Notes under the pieces: generated by a model | Told to the model about the DNA's origin: nothing | The model's input: only the letters and a program-made list of their open reading frames with translations | Database searches by the model: none | Program-made: the position numbers and the translations under genes | Source of the DNA: Octopus vulgaris | Lineage: Eukaryota | Reading direction: 5' to 3' | Length of the DNA: 64,000 bases | Assembly: GCA_951406725.2 (NCBI GenBank) | Contig: OX597835.1 | Coordinates: 8,866,001-8,930,000, forward strand | In this document: positions 28,331 to 41,909 of the stretch, in pieces | How the letters are laid out: each line of letters starts with the position of its first letter | Numbering within the stretch: position 1 is the stretch's first letter

Positions 28331-30638
28331 AAGACTTGGTTGACTAATTAAAATTAAGAATGAATAAAGTGTCAAGAAAGGTGATGGTAGATTGCAGTAA
28401 ATGATTTAAAATAACTTTAAAAGTCATTAATGGAATAATTAAATTAGAAGAGAAAATTAGGCAAATATAGGAAAATTTTATATATAATTTAAACGGCAAT
28501 AAGCAAACATCATTAATTGATATATAGTCGTGTAAAATAGAATAAGTTAATTGGATGAGGAATTGAGAACAGTAAATGATTGATGAGTAAATAAGTTTCT
28601 GCTGTACTTATAATTTAGTGTGAGCGATAGCAAGTTTACTTTAAAAAACATCAAAGTCTTTTAAATTTTAGGTGAGCTGAAAAATAATGGGTGTAATTTT
28701 GAAATGGGAGAAGAAATGTGAATTAAATTAAGAACAGGTGCAAAATAAAAAAAAAGACAGAGAAGCAAACAATTTAAAAAGTGCTAAAATTAAAAGTTTT
28801 ATGGGTTAACTTTGTTGTAGGATATATGAGAAGTGCAGGTATATAAGAGAAGAAGCACATATCAACATGAACAGTATCAAACATATAAAGATATACAACA
28901 AAACTGTGAGAATATAAGTATTGAAAAGCTAGAATTGTCTATAAAATGAACCAGAAAATAATTTGAGTTATGAGGTATGTTATGTTTAGTTAAGTTAATA
29001 AAGTTTTCATACAAAAGTAATAATAGTAGAGTGATTTGTATTGTATTTATTTAGTGCAAGTTTTAAATATGTCTTAAATAATGTTTGTCGTAGAATAATT
29101 CTTTCTGCATAATTGCTAAGGATTAAATATTGAATATTACAATAAATTTAAGCACTTAAAACTGGACGTCCTACACCTACACAGCATTAGATTCTTTAAA
29201 AGCCCCCGAAGCAAATTTAGATAATAAGTCTTGTACACGTTTAATTGACTGCCATATTTCTATCTACACAGTTATGATTTACTACGTCTATTTCTCTTTC
29301 CTTCATTTCAATTATAATTTGAAATAGTCTGTATTTCCACCTGTATTTTCACAATCTACTCGACTTCAGTTGCTCCTGGGTTTACTGGTCGTCTTCCAAT
29401 GCATCCACTAAATAAGATTCTAAACATAGAAACACTCTAATTCATGGCCAAGTATATATATGTATTCTACTTTGGACAACACGTCAAACTACCTTAATTA
29501 GCTTTACCACGTTTTGCGATATGAGCACAACTCAACATCCTTTTCACAGGTTCGCCATTACATAGAACATGGAATATTACAGGGAAAATTATACGTTCAA
29601 AAACCAAATAATTACAGCTCAAGAGAATGAAATAAAACTTTAATTATATTTTTAAGTATAGGTATTAAACGCTATAATTGGCTTCGAAACATATCTACTA
29701 TTCAGGAATTGCCAGGCAATTTGTATCACTTACTCTGTACTTATATTTTTCATTGCTTTTATTACCTAAATTACGTAAATGCTGTTTAATGCCTCGGCTC
29801 CAAGCAACTTTTCTGGAATTAAATTATTGTCTTGACGTAAAGCTTTCCCCAATAGAAGAAGCTTCCCCAATAAAAGAAGCTGAGTTTTATTATGTGTGAA
29901 CACTCAGTTAACAAAAGTAATACACACACACACACACACACGCACGCACACATACACACACACACGCATACACACACACACACGCATTTACACAAAGAAA
30001 GAAACAAACAAACAAGCAGGGACTCCAACCACGTTTCGTGGATTGTTACCTCAATAGATCCTTCATAGGATCCAGTGGCTAAAGATATCATCAGGATCAA
30101 CCACGCCCAGTTTCGCCCCTACTCATCTACTGTTTTCGACATGGCGAAATCCCTCTTTCCGAGGTGTCTCAGCTCTGGTGTTCAGTGCGTTTTTTTTTTG
30201 TCTTTCTCCTCTTTTTTTTGACCTTTTGTTCTTTGAATTCTTCGATGCAGCGTCAACGTATGCCAGCTGGCGAAAGACCATCCTGCCAAACTTACCCCAA
30301 AATACACGCCGGTAGGCTTCAGCAGCCAGCACCGACTAACTGTCACGTGATAATATCTAAACTTCAACTGTCCAATGGAGAGGAAGGACGCATAATTTTG
30401 GTCTGCACCCTATCTAATCCAATCCTCCAACGGAGTCGTTTTATTTTCAGTTCCAGCAGTCAGACCCGACTTGCTGTCTGGTGGTACACAAGCCACTGAA
30501 CCAGGAGGAGCGCGTGCAATCAACGAGATTGCTCCCTTGGCCCACCTGCCAATACGTAATGCTGTTTCTGTCCCAGCTAGCCTCACCTAGCAACGTTATT
30601 TCCCAGACGGCAATATATATATATTATATATATAATAT

Positions 30639-30940
30639 GGAGGCGCAATGGCCTAGTGGTTAGGGCAGCGGACTCGCGGTCGTAGGATCGCGGTTTCGAT
30701 TCCCTGACCGGGCGTTATGAGTGTTTATTGAGCGAAAACACCTAGAAGTTCCACGAGTCTCCGGCAGGGGGTGGTGATCCCTGCTGTACTTTTTCACCAC
30801 TATTTCTCTCTCTTTTTCTTCTGTTGGCCTGCTCGCTTAGCCAGCGGGGTGCCGTCATTCGAAAGCTAAAACAATGCGAACGCATTGTGCCAAGCGATGT
30901 GCAAAACATCTGATGGTCTGGACGGTCACGTGATCACGTG
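30639..30940 (+). mobile_element. SINE family A head with tail type 2, full length
   Basis: A box TGGCCTAGTGG, B box GGTTTCGATTCC; ends GGTCACGTGATCACGTG; TSD-like ATATATAATAT on both sides within (TA)n. Confidence 0.92.
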
Positions 30941-31150
30941 ATATATAATATATGTATATATGTGTGCATATACACATTTAGACAAATACATATATAGAAA
31001 GTTAGATAGATCTTGTAGTTTGAAGACCTCAAGATTTGCGTCGGTGGAAATGAATTAGTAATACACACACAGTCGTCTGTGTGTGTGTATGTTTGTGTGT
31101 GCGTGTGGTGTGTGTATGTGTGTGTACATGCGTTCCTGCTGTGTATCTAT

Positions 31151-31520
31151 GTGGAAGCACTCTGTCGGTAACGATGATGAGGGTTCTGGTTGATCCGAAT
31201 CAACGGAACAGCCTGCTCGTGAAATTAACGTGTAAGTGGCTGAGCACTCCACAGACACGTGCAACTTTAACGTAGTTCTCGGGGATATTCAGCGTGACAC
31301 GGAGAGTGACAAGGCTGGCCCCTTGAAATACAGGTTACAACAGAAACAGGAAGTAAGAGTGAGAGAAAGTTGTGGTGAAAGAGTACAGCCGGGATCACCA
31401 CCATCCCCTGCCGGAGTCTCGTGGAGTTTTTAAACACTCAGAACGCCCGGTCTGGGAATCGAAACCGCGATCCTATGACCGCGAGTCCGCTGCCCTAACC
31501 ACTGGGCCATTGCGTCTCCA
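31151..31520 (-). mobile_element. SINE family A, tail type 1
   Basis: 12-bp TSD CTGTGTATCTAT (31139-31150 / 31521-31532). Confidence 0.92.
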
Positions 31521-31907
31521 CTGTGTATCTATATGCGTGGCAATAATTCATAAAATGTTCTGATCGTTTTGTAATACTTGATTGTTTGGCACAATTGTAG
31601 TTATAAATACAAAATCCACAGTACACTATGTGATATGGTTTATGGAAAACGCTTACGCCGGCGCAGATTTTCCATTAACCACCCCACGCCACTTCCAGTT
31701 TCTAAACGTAATTCTTCCATGCTTGCGAAATCGCAAGTATTTTATGCACTGAAGAAATTGATATTTGTAGTCGGTCGAAAGTTACGGAAATAAATCTGAA
31801 GTTCCTAATAAAGAATTCATGGATCTTCTTTTTCTCAGACTTTAGGTTTTGCGTAAGTAGAATTGTTACTGCGTTGGATGAATGCTTTGCAAAATTTAGT
31901 TACTATA

Positions 31908-32115
31908 AGGAGGCTAGCAGGCAGAATCTTTAGCACGCCAGTCTAAACGCTTAGCTGCATTTCGTCCGTCTTTACGTTCTGAGTTCGAATCTCACCGCGA
32001 CCAATTTTGCATTTGACCCTTTCGAAGTTCCTAATATATGTACCAGTTGAACACCGGGTTTGATATAATCGATAGAGACCATATTGGATGGCCTTCTGCT
32101 AAAATTAGAAACGAA
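31908..32115 (+). mobile_element. Diverged SINE family D
   Basis: GGCAGAATCTTTAGCACGCC...ACGTTCTGAGTTCGAATC...GTACCAGTTGA; similar to 16823. Confidence 0.7.
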
Positions 32116-33269
32116 TAGTTCGCTGACACAGTTAGATTTACATTTCATCAGTTTTATGATCAGGAAAATTCTAATAATTCATGTTACTCGTTTCGGTTCG
32201 GATTTGTAAACTCACAAATATGGACATGAGAGTGCGTGTGGGTGTGCTTGCGCGTGCCATTTACAACATCCTGAAAATCTGCACTTCGATTTTTATTCAT
32301 TTGGCCCCTTTCCCTATTCAAATATTTTCTGCGCACTCCTATATCTCGTTCTCATTCAACACTACTCCCCCCCTCTCTCTCTCTCTCTCTCACCATTCTC
32401 TTCATTGTTACTCATCATACGCAACATTACTTTCACCCACCTATTTAATATTTTTTATAGATCATATAATTTATATTCATCCATACAAGTGCACCAGAAC
32501 CAAGAAAGCAGCAGACAACATCCGGTGGGGTTAGTTAGCCTTGTTCTCATCTTACAAAACAGAACCTATTATTAGAATGTATGACGGACGCCATAACAGT
32601 CGTTATAGATTTTTGTTGAATAACATGGCGGAACTTACACCTTCCTCCTTCCTATCTCCCTCATCTAATAATTTCCGGTGTTATAGTTTAGACAAAAAGC
32701 CATTACAGCGAGAATAATGAATCAGCTGTGGTGAAAGAGAACAAGCAAGTTTATAATTCATTTATCGTTCTACCTATATTATTGTAAGCTTATTTATTTT
32801 CATTTTCTTTCTCTTTTAGCACAAAAGAATTTAGAAAAGCAGGGAGTTTCAAAATCGATTTGCACACAGGAAAACTAACGATGATGGATTTCAGAGCTAC
32901 GTATCCGTCTATATAACTGAAATAAGGTAATGAAACCACTGGAGTCCGCTTCCTTGCGCAAATCCTTTGACATCTAAGACGGATACTCATCCGTAATGAA
33001 TCAGAGTTACAGAGATATTTGCTCTCTATAATGAAAGTGAACAGTAGAGGTATGTAAATTCTATAAGGATATATGTCCCCTTAACTTTGATCAAGACAAC
33101 CTGAAACCAATGTCACTTCAAATCACGTGTTACCATTTCAATAACATTTCAATAGTTAGCATCGTTCTCTAATCTTTGTTTAAAAACGAAAAAACTTGAT
33201 GGTCCAAAAAGCAATGAATTTCACCATCGCTTAGTTTCCTCGTATTTGACTATACAGGTCAACAAAATT

Positions 33270-33860
33270 AAATGTATTTTACTCATTATGAATACACATA
33301 TTTTTTTAGACTAATTTTTCATGCTGATTTCAAAGCTTCACTCCATTTGTATGCCGCACATATCAGATTTTTCAGTAGATATATGCAAATATTTACACAT
33401 TTGTATATGTGAAATCATTAATGTAATGAATAAAGACATATTCTGTTTAGAAAGTATAAATGAGTTTATTGAGTTAACACTCATCATTATCATTCAACAA
33501 AGAGTGAATACATAAAAAATGGGTCGGACAAAACAAAGTTAGAACTACAGAATTAGAAACATAGTGATTTGGATTTTCTGCGGTGTTCCCGAGCTGATTG
33601 TTCAGTGGTAGTCAGCTAGTATACGGTCCTTCCAGAAGACTTGGTACCGTTTCTCCATAGCGCTAATACCCTGGTGAAATTCACCATCTTCATCCGACAC
33701 TGCTCCAAGGTTATCTGCAAAGAATGGAACATTAAAAACGACACGAAGCACACCTTGACATATGTTTGATGGAAAAATACTTGTTGACCAACGCTATCGA
33801 GAGCAGGAATCCTGCAACATTTCTCGGTGATTCAGTTTATCAAGAAACCCCATCCATTTT
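33270..33860 (-). mobile_element. Chapaev3-like (CMC group) DNA transposon remnant: transposase C-terminus and 3' end
   Basis: Minus strand ~33590-33725 reads FFADNLGAVSDEDGEFHQGISAMEKRYQVFWKDRILADYH*, matching the conserved FFP.NLGAVSDE.GERFHQDI..MEKRYQG.W...MLADYCW motif. The superfamily name is from memory. Confidence 0.7.
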
Positions 33861-34163
33861 ACATCTAAAACTATTATTCTGGTGATATGAAAATATAATT
33901 TACAAACGTGAGTATACTGTACATCTAAATATTCAGTTGATGAGGAGTGTGGCACGTAAAATAACGATTATCATAGATACTGTTGACAGTTATATTTCCT
34001 GTGGGGACTCACTGCGTACAATTAATTATAATCTGAACTATTCTTATTCAAGAAACTGATCTCTGCCGCACAAACTGCTACATGTACAACAATAAAATTG
34101 TTTAATTAGAAGCGACGAATACTGGACTGCAGCAGTCAGTCGTTTATGAATCGTCTGCAAATA

Positions 34164-34727
34164 TTGGGTGGTCCAGAAAGTCCGTGCCGATTTATAGTAG
34201 CTTGCCTTTCGACTTATTTTAGAACATGATTGAGTCCATAAAATAGGATTTGACTACACCTCCATTTAGGGCACAGTTTAAGCTATCTTTTCGTGGAAGA
34301 AGGCTTATGTTCTTATAACCTGTGTTAATTCTGCAACCCTTTAAAATGCAAGATAAGAAAGTTCATTTTCGGCAAGTGATGCTTGGGATCCAGACAAAAA
34401 TTGCTGCAGCTCGACTGGGATGTGTTACCCCCACCCTCCATATTCACCATATTCTCATTCGTATTTCCACTTATTCAGGTCCCTGCAGAATAATGTTAAT
34501 GGTAAAAGTTTCAATTCCTTGGATGATATAAAAAGATACTTTGATAAATTATTTGCCATGAATTCACCTCAATTCTGGGAAGAGTGTATTTTCAACTTAA
34601 AGGAAAGATGGAGACGCATTGTGCAACAAAATGGTTGATATTTAGCTGATTAAAAAAGCCATGGCAAGTATTTATTGAGCTTTTTTCTTTCTTTTAAAAG
34701 TCGGCACGAACTTTCCGGACAACCCAA
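34164..34727 (+). mobile_element. Internally deleted non-autonomous mariner element
   Basis: Imperfect TIRs TTGGGTGGTCCAGAAAGTCCGTGCCGA / TCGGCACGAACTTTCCGGACAACCCAA flanked by TA. N-terminal MQDKKVHFRQVML joined to C-terminal HPPYSP...FHLFRSLQN...FWEECIFNLKERWRRIVQQNG. Confidence 0.93.
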
Positions 34728-35210
34728 TAATTCAGTCAGTGAAATTTGATCACACGGATTCTTCTCATTGAATTCTTACATCTCGTTTCATCCCATTCGC
34801 TGTTTCCGACAAAATGAGTTTCTCTGTGAATTTAGTGGATTATTGTAGAGATAAATCATAGGAAACAGTCAGCATGTTGTAGTGGTGACAGATACAAACC
34901 AGCATCAACCTCGATGACATGTAATATTTCAAATGAATAATTTATATCTTCATAAGTAGAGGAATTCGGCAGCTGTTTCAAAAGGCAACAACAAATGGAT
35001 CATAGAACTTTCCCAAGCCATAGGCTTATAAGACAGGTTTTCTAGATTCTGTGGCGATTATAAAATCTAAAATACATCCCAGGGAAACCTTCATTTAATA
35101 TGTTATGAACGAAAAACAATATTCTTTATATATTGAATAATCCCCAGTCATTATTCTGAATTGCCTAATTAGGGAAGGAATTTTTACAAATACTCATTAC
35201 TTTCTCAGTG

Positions 35211-35673
35211 TGGAGGCGCAATAGCCCAGTGGTTAGGGCAGCGGACTCGCGGTCGTAGGATCGCGGTTTCGATTCCCAGACCGGGCGTTGTGAGTGTTTA
35301 TTGAGCGAAATCACCTAAAGCTCCACGAAGCTCCGGCAGGGGATGGTTGTGATCCCTGCTGTACTCTTTCACCACAACTTTCTCTCACTCTTACTTCCTG
35401 TTTCTGTTGTACCTGTATTTCAAAGGGCCGGCCTTGTCACTCTCTGTGTCACGCTGAATATCCCCGAGAACTTTCTTGCATTTTAAAAGGTTACAGAATT
35501 AACACAGATTATAAGAACATAAACCTTCTGAATATCCCCGAGAACTACATTAAGGGTACACGTGTCTGTGGAGTGCTCAGCCACTTACACGTTAATTTCA
35601 CGAGCAAGCTGTTCCGTTGATCGGATCAACCGGAACCCTCGTCGTCGGAACCGACGGAGTGCTTCCATCCCAG
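35211..35673 (+). mobile_element. SINE family A, tail type 1, carrying an internal insertion
   Basis: TSD TTTCTCAGTG (35201-35210) / TTTCTCGGTG (35674-35683); B box present, A box with one change. Confidence 0.93.
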
Positions 35674-37376
35674 TTTCTCGGTGATATTGGATCTTGTTTA
35701 CAATACACCTGCACGGAAATGATCTACAAATATCCAAACTGCCCGGAGAGGCCACTTCACTTGCTAAACATCACACTTTCACACTTATTTGTATTTCGGT
35801 TTTTAATTTCTTTCATTTGTTTTCATGATAAGAACTTCACAATAAACTGATAGATCTTCATTATGATGTAAATTATCTTAATTAAAAATTATTCAAGATC
35901 ATCGGATAATGTGAAAAGCACTTAGCGGCATATTTAAAATATTAAGTGTTTGGGAAAACAGTTAATGGGACCAAATTATCTTTGCAAATCTGTGAATCAA
36001 AGGAGATAAACCGTCTCAATGACAGTGTATTTCTTTCGACGCAGATCATAACACTAATACAGCGATCGATGATGTGTTCGTCAACTTTTGGCACTACTCA
36101 CAAATGCTATAAAAAGTAATTTATTGAATATACTGACGAAATGCGTTTATCGTATCCAGAGTGAAATATATTTATTGCCAGTTAATATGTTGAAAACTAA
36201 GACTAGCTTCAACATAATGACTCTGTTTCGCATAACGATCGCTGTACAAATAAAGAGAGCCAGAAAGGAAACAAGAAACTAATAAATAAAAAGAATCAAG
36301 TTGTAAAAAGCGCTGTGGCACGGGAGAATGATGGCAAATAATTTTGGAGAAATGATTTATTTCCAGAATAAGCAATTTAGATGCAAAGAAGGTCAGTGGA
36401 ATTTGATTAACGAGCAATTTCAGAAACCGCGGCGTTGCTGGCTTAAAGGTTGAAGTAATTAGTTGATTGACTTAGTGCGGCAACGTTTAACAGAAGAACT
36501 ATTAGAATGCCAACCAAATGTGACATTCGTGCTTTGAAGAGGCAATTGGAAATCTGGCAGAATGCCTGAGAGGTCAAAAACTCAAACGTTTCAAGAAACC
36601 TTTCAAAATAACATATTTAAATTCAGGTTTAATAAAGAAATAGTTCTGAAAGTGTTTTATTGATTTCTAGTTTTTAACCATAGCAATATTTAAAATACCA
36701 AATTTCATTAAGCATCCTGTTTAAACGCTTGATATAGTACTTTACAAACAATTTTTTTTTTTATTGTACGCTTGTATCGTTAGCCTGGCACCCTAGCGGT
36801 TAGGACATCTTGCGTTTTGTAGAGGTAATGACCAATGAAAGCCACGAACCTGAAAAACAGAAAAGACAAAGTAAGATCTGCCAACTTCAACCCGGGTCAC
36901 TACAGCTACATCTGTTTTTTTTTCAAATACAACAGCAGTGTGAGGTCGCTTGTTTCATTCAAGAAGCTTATTTCTTGGTCACCAACAAAACTGCCATAAG
37001 TTACACAGGGACACAAGAATATATACACTAGATTTGGAAATGCCGACGGTGAGGAGCGTATGTATACATATGTTTATATATATAAACCTTCTAATATATA
37101 TATATATATATATATATTAATTAATAAGGGTGAGAGAATTAGATACTAATTTAATAGTATATTTATTCCACACATGGGAAACATGTATTTTCGTGGTTGA
37201 AACCTTTTGGATTAACGGTGCTAGAGTGATCAATATATGACCACTCTCTTATATTTATATATATATATATATATTATATATATATATACATTTATATATA
37301 TAGGCTTGCACAGATCCACACACACAAATACACACATAGACATACACATTTATATGTGTGCATGTGTGTATGAAGG

Positions 37377-37414
<38 letters not shown>

Positions 37415-37576
37415 GTATGCGTGAGTATTTATTTGCTTTATCATTAGTTCTACACAGAAATAATTTTTCAACTTTTCCATTGTAATTTCAGGCGGGTAAT
37501 TATAGGTTTATCCGTTATTGTCCATATTACCGCCACTTCTTCCTTCCGGCTATTCGTTTGAACTTTCTCTGTAAAA

Positions 37577-37741
37577 TTCTTCTTCTTCTTCTTCTTCTTC
37601 TTCTTCTTCTTCTTCTTCTTCTTCTTCTTCTTCTTCTTCTTCTTCTTCTTCTTCTTCTTCTTCTTCTTCTTCTTCATCTTCTTCTTCTTCTTCTTCTTCT
37701 TCTTCTTCTTCTTCTTCTTCTTCTTCTTCTTCTTCTTCTTC
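37577..37741. repeat. (CTT)n microsatellite
   Basis: Direct reading. Confidence 0.97.
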
Positions 37742-38108
37742 TCCCGTATTCTCCTTTCCTTTCTACTGCTTTTTCATTCACTATCCATACTTTTATCGAA
37801 TTTTTGCATTGATGCTATATTCACCCTGTTCATCTCAAATTCTGTTTACCTTTTCATGTTCATTTACTACTTGCGTCCTCCTGACGTAGGCAAAACTCAA
37901 GATCTGCCAGTGGCACAACATAAAAGCGAATCTTTAATGCAAGTCTAAGGTAAGTGTCACTGTAAATTTCAAAACTGGATATATTATGTTAATTTCCCTC
38001 GGACATTTTGCATGACGTGGCGTTAAAAGCAGAGGTCATACAGAAATAACACTAACTGATCATTAAAAATGTATTAAAGTCCTCTCTTGCTCTTTTGCAT
38101 TCTCTGTC

Positions 38109-38143
<35 letters not shown>

Positions 38144-38203
38144 AAGAGAGAGAGAGAGAGAGAAGAGTGAAAGGTGTACAGTGAACTTGCCATGGGGAGT
38201 GGA

Positions 38204-38244
38204 ATATCCAACGTTTCGGATTCAATCCATCGTCAGGGGGCATG
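38204..38244 (-). ncRNA. Degenerate minimal hammerhead-like motif
   Basis: Minus strand: CC-CUGACGA-U-GGAU-UGA-AUCC-GAAAC-GUU-GG. Core intact, stem I only about 2 bp. Confidence 0.4.
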
Positions 38245-39212
38245 GAAAAGGAGAAGATAAAAAGAGAAAAGGTCAAATAGACTTTACATCCTCTCAGCTT
38301 CCAAAAATGGCTGCAACTGATAATTTTAGTTTGTATATACGTACGTCCAGGATGTGTAAAGTGTAATGAATACCACAGTATTCGTAAGAAACTATTCTGA
38401 TATACAATATTTAAGGTTAATTATGATGTATTAAAACGTTTGAGCTAAATTAATTGCATCTGCAATGTAGCTCTGGGTTACTGAATATTCAGAAAATCAC
38501 TCGTATGTTATGATATCCGCACAGGCTTGAAGCCTTCTCGTCCCATCATCCAATTAGATAATTTTTCACTTTAACCACAAACGTCTACCAAAGAGGGAAT
38601 CCATTGCAGGCATTAGATGACATCATACTCTGATCGAATTTTAATCAGTATATAGGCATCGCCATGACGACGAAATACTGATAACCATTTGATCAATGTT
38701 AATTCACACGTGACTAATGAACTAACGGAAGTAAATTAACACCCATCAGGTCGATAATGGCGTTCGATGATTTCATTTTCACTTAACAAATCAGTTATCT
38801 TAGGAATGAAAATATAGGTTCTTTTCAATAAGAAAATCTACTGGTCGCTCTGCCATATGAATGATATAATACTAAAACGATTTCCAATTATTTGTTTCTG
38901 CAGACACATTACATATGTATGAGCGTATGGAGATGAACGTGTGTGAATAATTGAGCGTGCGAATAGATATACAAAAATACAAATATTTATTGTGGTACAT
39001 ATATTCTATATGTATTATATATATATATATATATATATAATATACGTATATATATACAGATAAATTCTTCTAATTACATAATATTGACGTCTCTTCTTTC
39101 TTTTGTTATCTTACTGTTTCTACCAACAAATGTATATATATATATATATATATATACATACATACATACATATATATATATATATTTATATATATGTGTA
39201 TATATATATATA

Positions 39213-39298
<86 letters not shown>

Positions 39299-41636
39299 TG
39301 TGTGTGTATGTTTGTGTTTTGTGTGTGTGTTTTTAAAATATCATCTCTACACTCATGTTTCTTCCAAAGTTTCTTACACTATGAATTCAAAAGGCGTGTT
39401 CTTTTCTTTCTTAATCTGAATGTCTTTTCATATATAACTTGCATGTTTGCAGTATTGTTTTCGGTCGTAAGAGTTTTTCCCAAGTTCCATGTTTTTTTTT
39501 AAACTTGCAAGACTTCTATATTTTGTTTGGACCCAGTAGAAATACCGCATAAATGAAGTATTCATAATTTTGTTAGAGAACAATATGAGTTACAAATCAA
39601 GCTGATCGATACTGTTCTCTATTTTGCGTGGACGTTTACCTTTTACACGAAGTACAAATGCTCCAATTTCTGCGAAGTTTACCAGTATCATTTTATTTAC
39701 GTAACTGTAAGACTTAACGTCAAAAGATTAAGAGTCCCTGATGAAACGCGTAATATTTTGACAACATTATGTCAATCATAAACTGATTCTGTTACTCATA
39801 TTTTCTTTTCGTGTACTCACTGGTGTTCCACGATACACCACATTCTTCATAAATCCTAGTAAGATATATGTACGAAATATTAAGTAATTGATTCTCTCGG
39901 TAGGTTATGTTTTTTTTTTTATTTTGCTGACACGTGACTTTAAGTTCAGCGTCCCTATTCATATATCGGCAGTATTGTAACATTTATAAATTTATATTTA
40001 CTTCAGTCGCTGTGTGATTTTCTACATTGGGAATGAATACAAAATTTAATCATCATGCCAAAGATAGTATTGTTTATCATCACAAAACCGGGGCTGAGAT
40101 AAAGTTTTAGAAATCTCTGCAATTCCTAAAAGAATCATTTTATTTCGTTGTAAAAGCAGTCCACGTTTATAATGTGTATTTCTATGTAATTCTAGAATTT
40201 TGAAAATCATTATGGATTAGTGAGAATTAATGGATGAATGAATAAGTGTTCAAATATTGATATTTCACATCGATCCTCCAGAAACGATTTTTTTGAAAAA
40301 AGTGTTTTATATCTAAATTCTATAAAGCCTATAATCTTTGTAGATTAGTGAGGGGATCTCTTTGATTACTCAGTTAATTATTAAGCATATAATAATTTCT
40401 ATTTTCTATCCCAGATGCAAAATATTGAACGAAATGAACGAAATCAATTTAGCTATCGTTCATAGACGACATTTATGTAGAATGTTCCAAGGCATATCAC
40501 TATAAAATTGGTCGCGATAATATTTCTATTTGTAACAAAGGCCACAGAAATTTATCGGTGCATTTCACATTTTTTGCTACTGAAGGCTATCCGGCAACTC
40601 ACAACCAATAATCTATGCTAGGCATTCATATGGAACGCGGTTTTTAGAAAGGCTGCTGGCTTCTTCCCATTTCGAATTAATTGCTGATTTGAAACAAACA
40701 TTCTTATTAACACTAGACATAGTTTAAAAGCATATCGTCCTTTGTTAGAACTATAACGTGTGAGAGTGAAATCGATAATTTGAAAATGCTATTTAACAGC
40801 AATAATAATAATGGTATTTCTTTCAATAACAATAACAACAATTTAAGTAACAAATGGTATATTTGTTCTTACGACTTGCACTTTTCAGTAGATTTACAAT
40901 AAAATTTCGGTTTTGGTGAGATTATAGCACAACTGGAATACAAAAACCGGGCAAGCTGTTTTATATCCATAAATTATAGAGGACTACTCAAATATTCCAT
41001 CGATTTCTTCTGCCACGGAAATAAACAACAGTAAAAGAAAAAAACGAAAATAAAACCAGTAAATATGTCGGCCGAAGGATAAGAAAATAAATCAATTTTC
41101 TGATGGTAAATGGGTGAAGAGATCTGTGAAAGAATGTTACTAGAACTAATGAACAATGTGGTACACACATTATTATATTTAATGTTTTCTGTTCATTGCT
41201 ATAATGTGCATGGTCACATGTATGGGTGGGAGGCAGCGTGTGTGTCCTACTAAGTGTTTATCTGTCTGCCTTTATGTGTTTGTGTTTGAACAGTGTGTCG
41301 ATTTGCAAGTTTTGTTTTATATTTATTAAAACGTATATTTCTCTCTTCGATATTTCCATCTGTCAGATATTTCAATAAAGCCATTTAATTACGATATACT
41401 AAGGTATGGTGGGCAGATCGTGCAAAAGAAGATTTTCATGAATAATAGCTTCTGCTGGAAGCCTCAATAAAACGACGTTAGTAGTCTCCAAAAGAGAACG
41501 TCACCCACCCACTCACACCCGCTCGCCCCCACTTACCCGCTACTCACCCACCCACACACACACGCACAGACACATGCATTTATATGGCTGTGTGCGAATC
41601 TGTATTCATATGTATACGTATATGTATATATGTAAG

Positions 41637-41707
<71 letters not shown>

Positions 41708-41769
41708 ATTTATTTGTTTCTTATAAAAAGCTATTTCTATATATATATTTTCATATATAGTATTATTTA

Positions 41770-41811
<42 letters not shown>

Positions 41812-41830
41812 TATATATATATATATATAG

Positions 41831-41909
<79 letters not shown>

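Noticed and set aside
36060-36620. hAT-like peptide traces (STFGTTHKC; IRALKRQLEIWQ)
   Set aside because: Too degraded and in non-colinear order to call by eye.
39735-39755. CTGATGAAACGCGT hammerhead-like string
   Set aside because: Stem II is absent and stem I does not pair.
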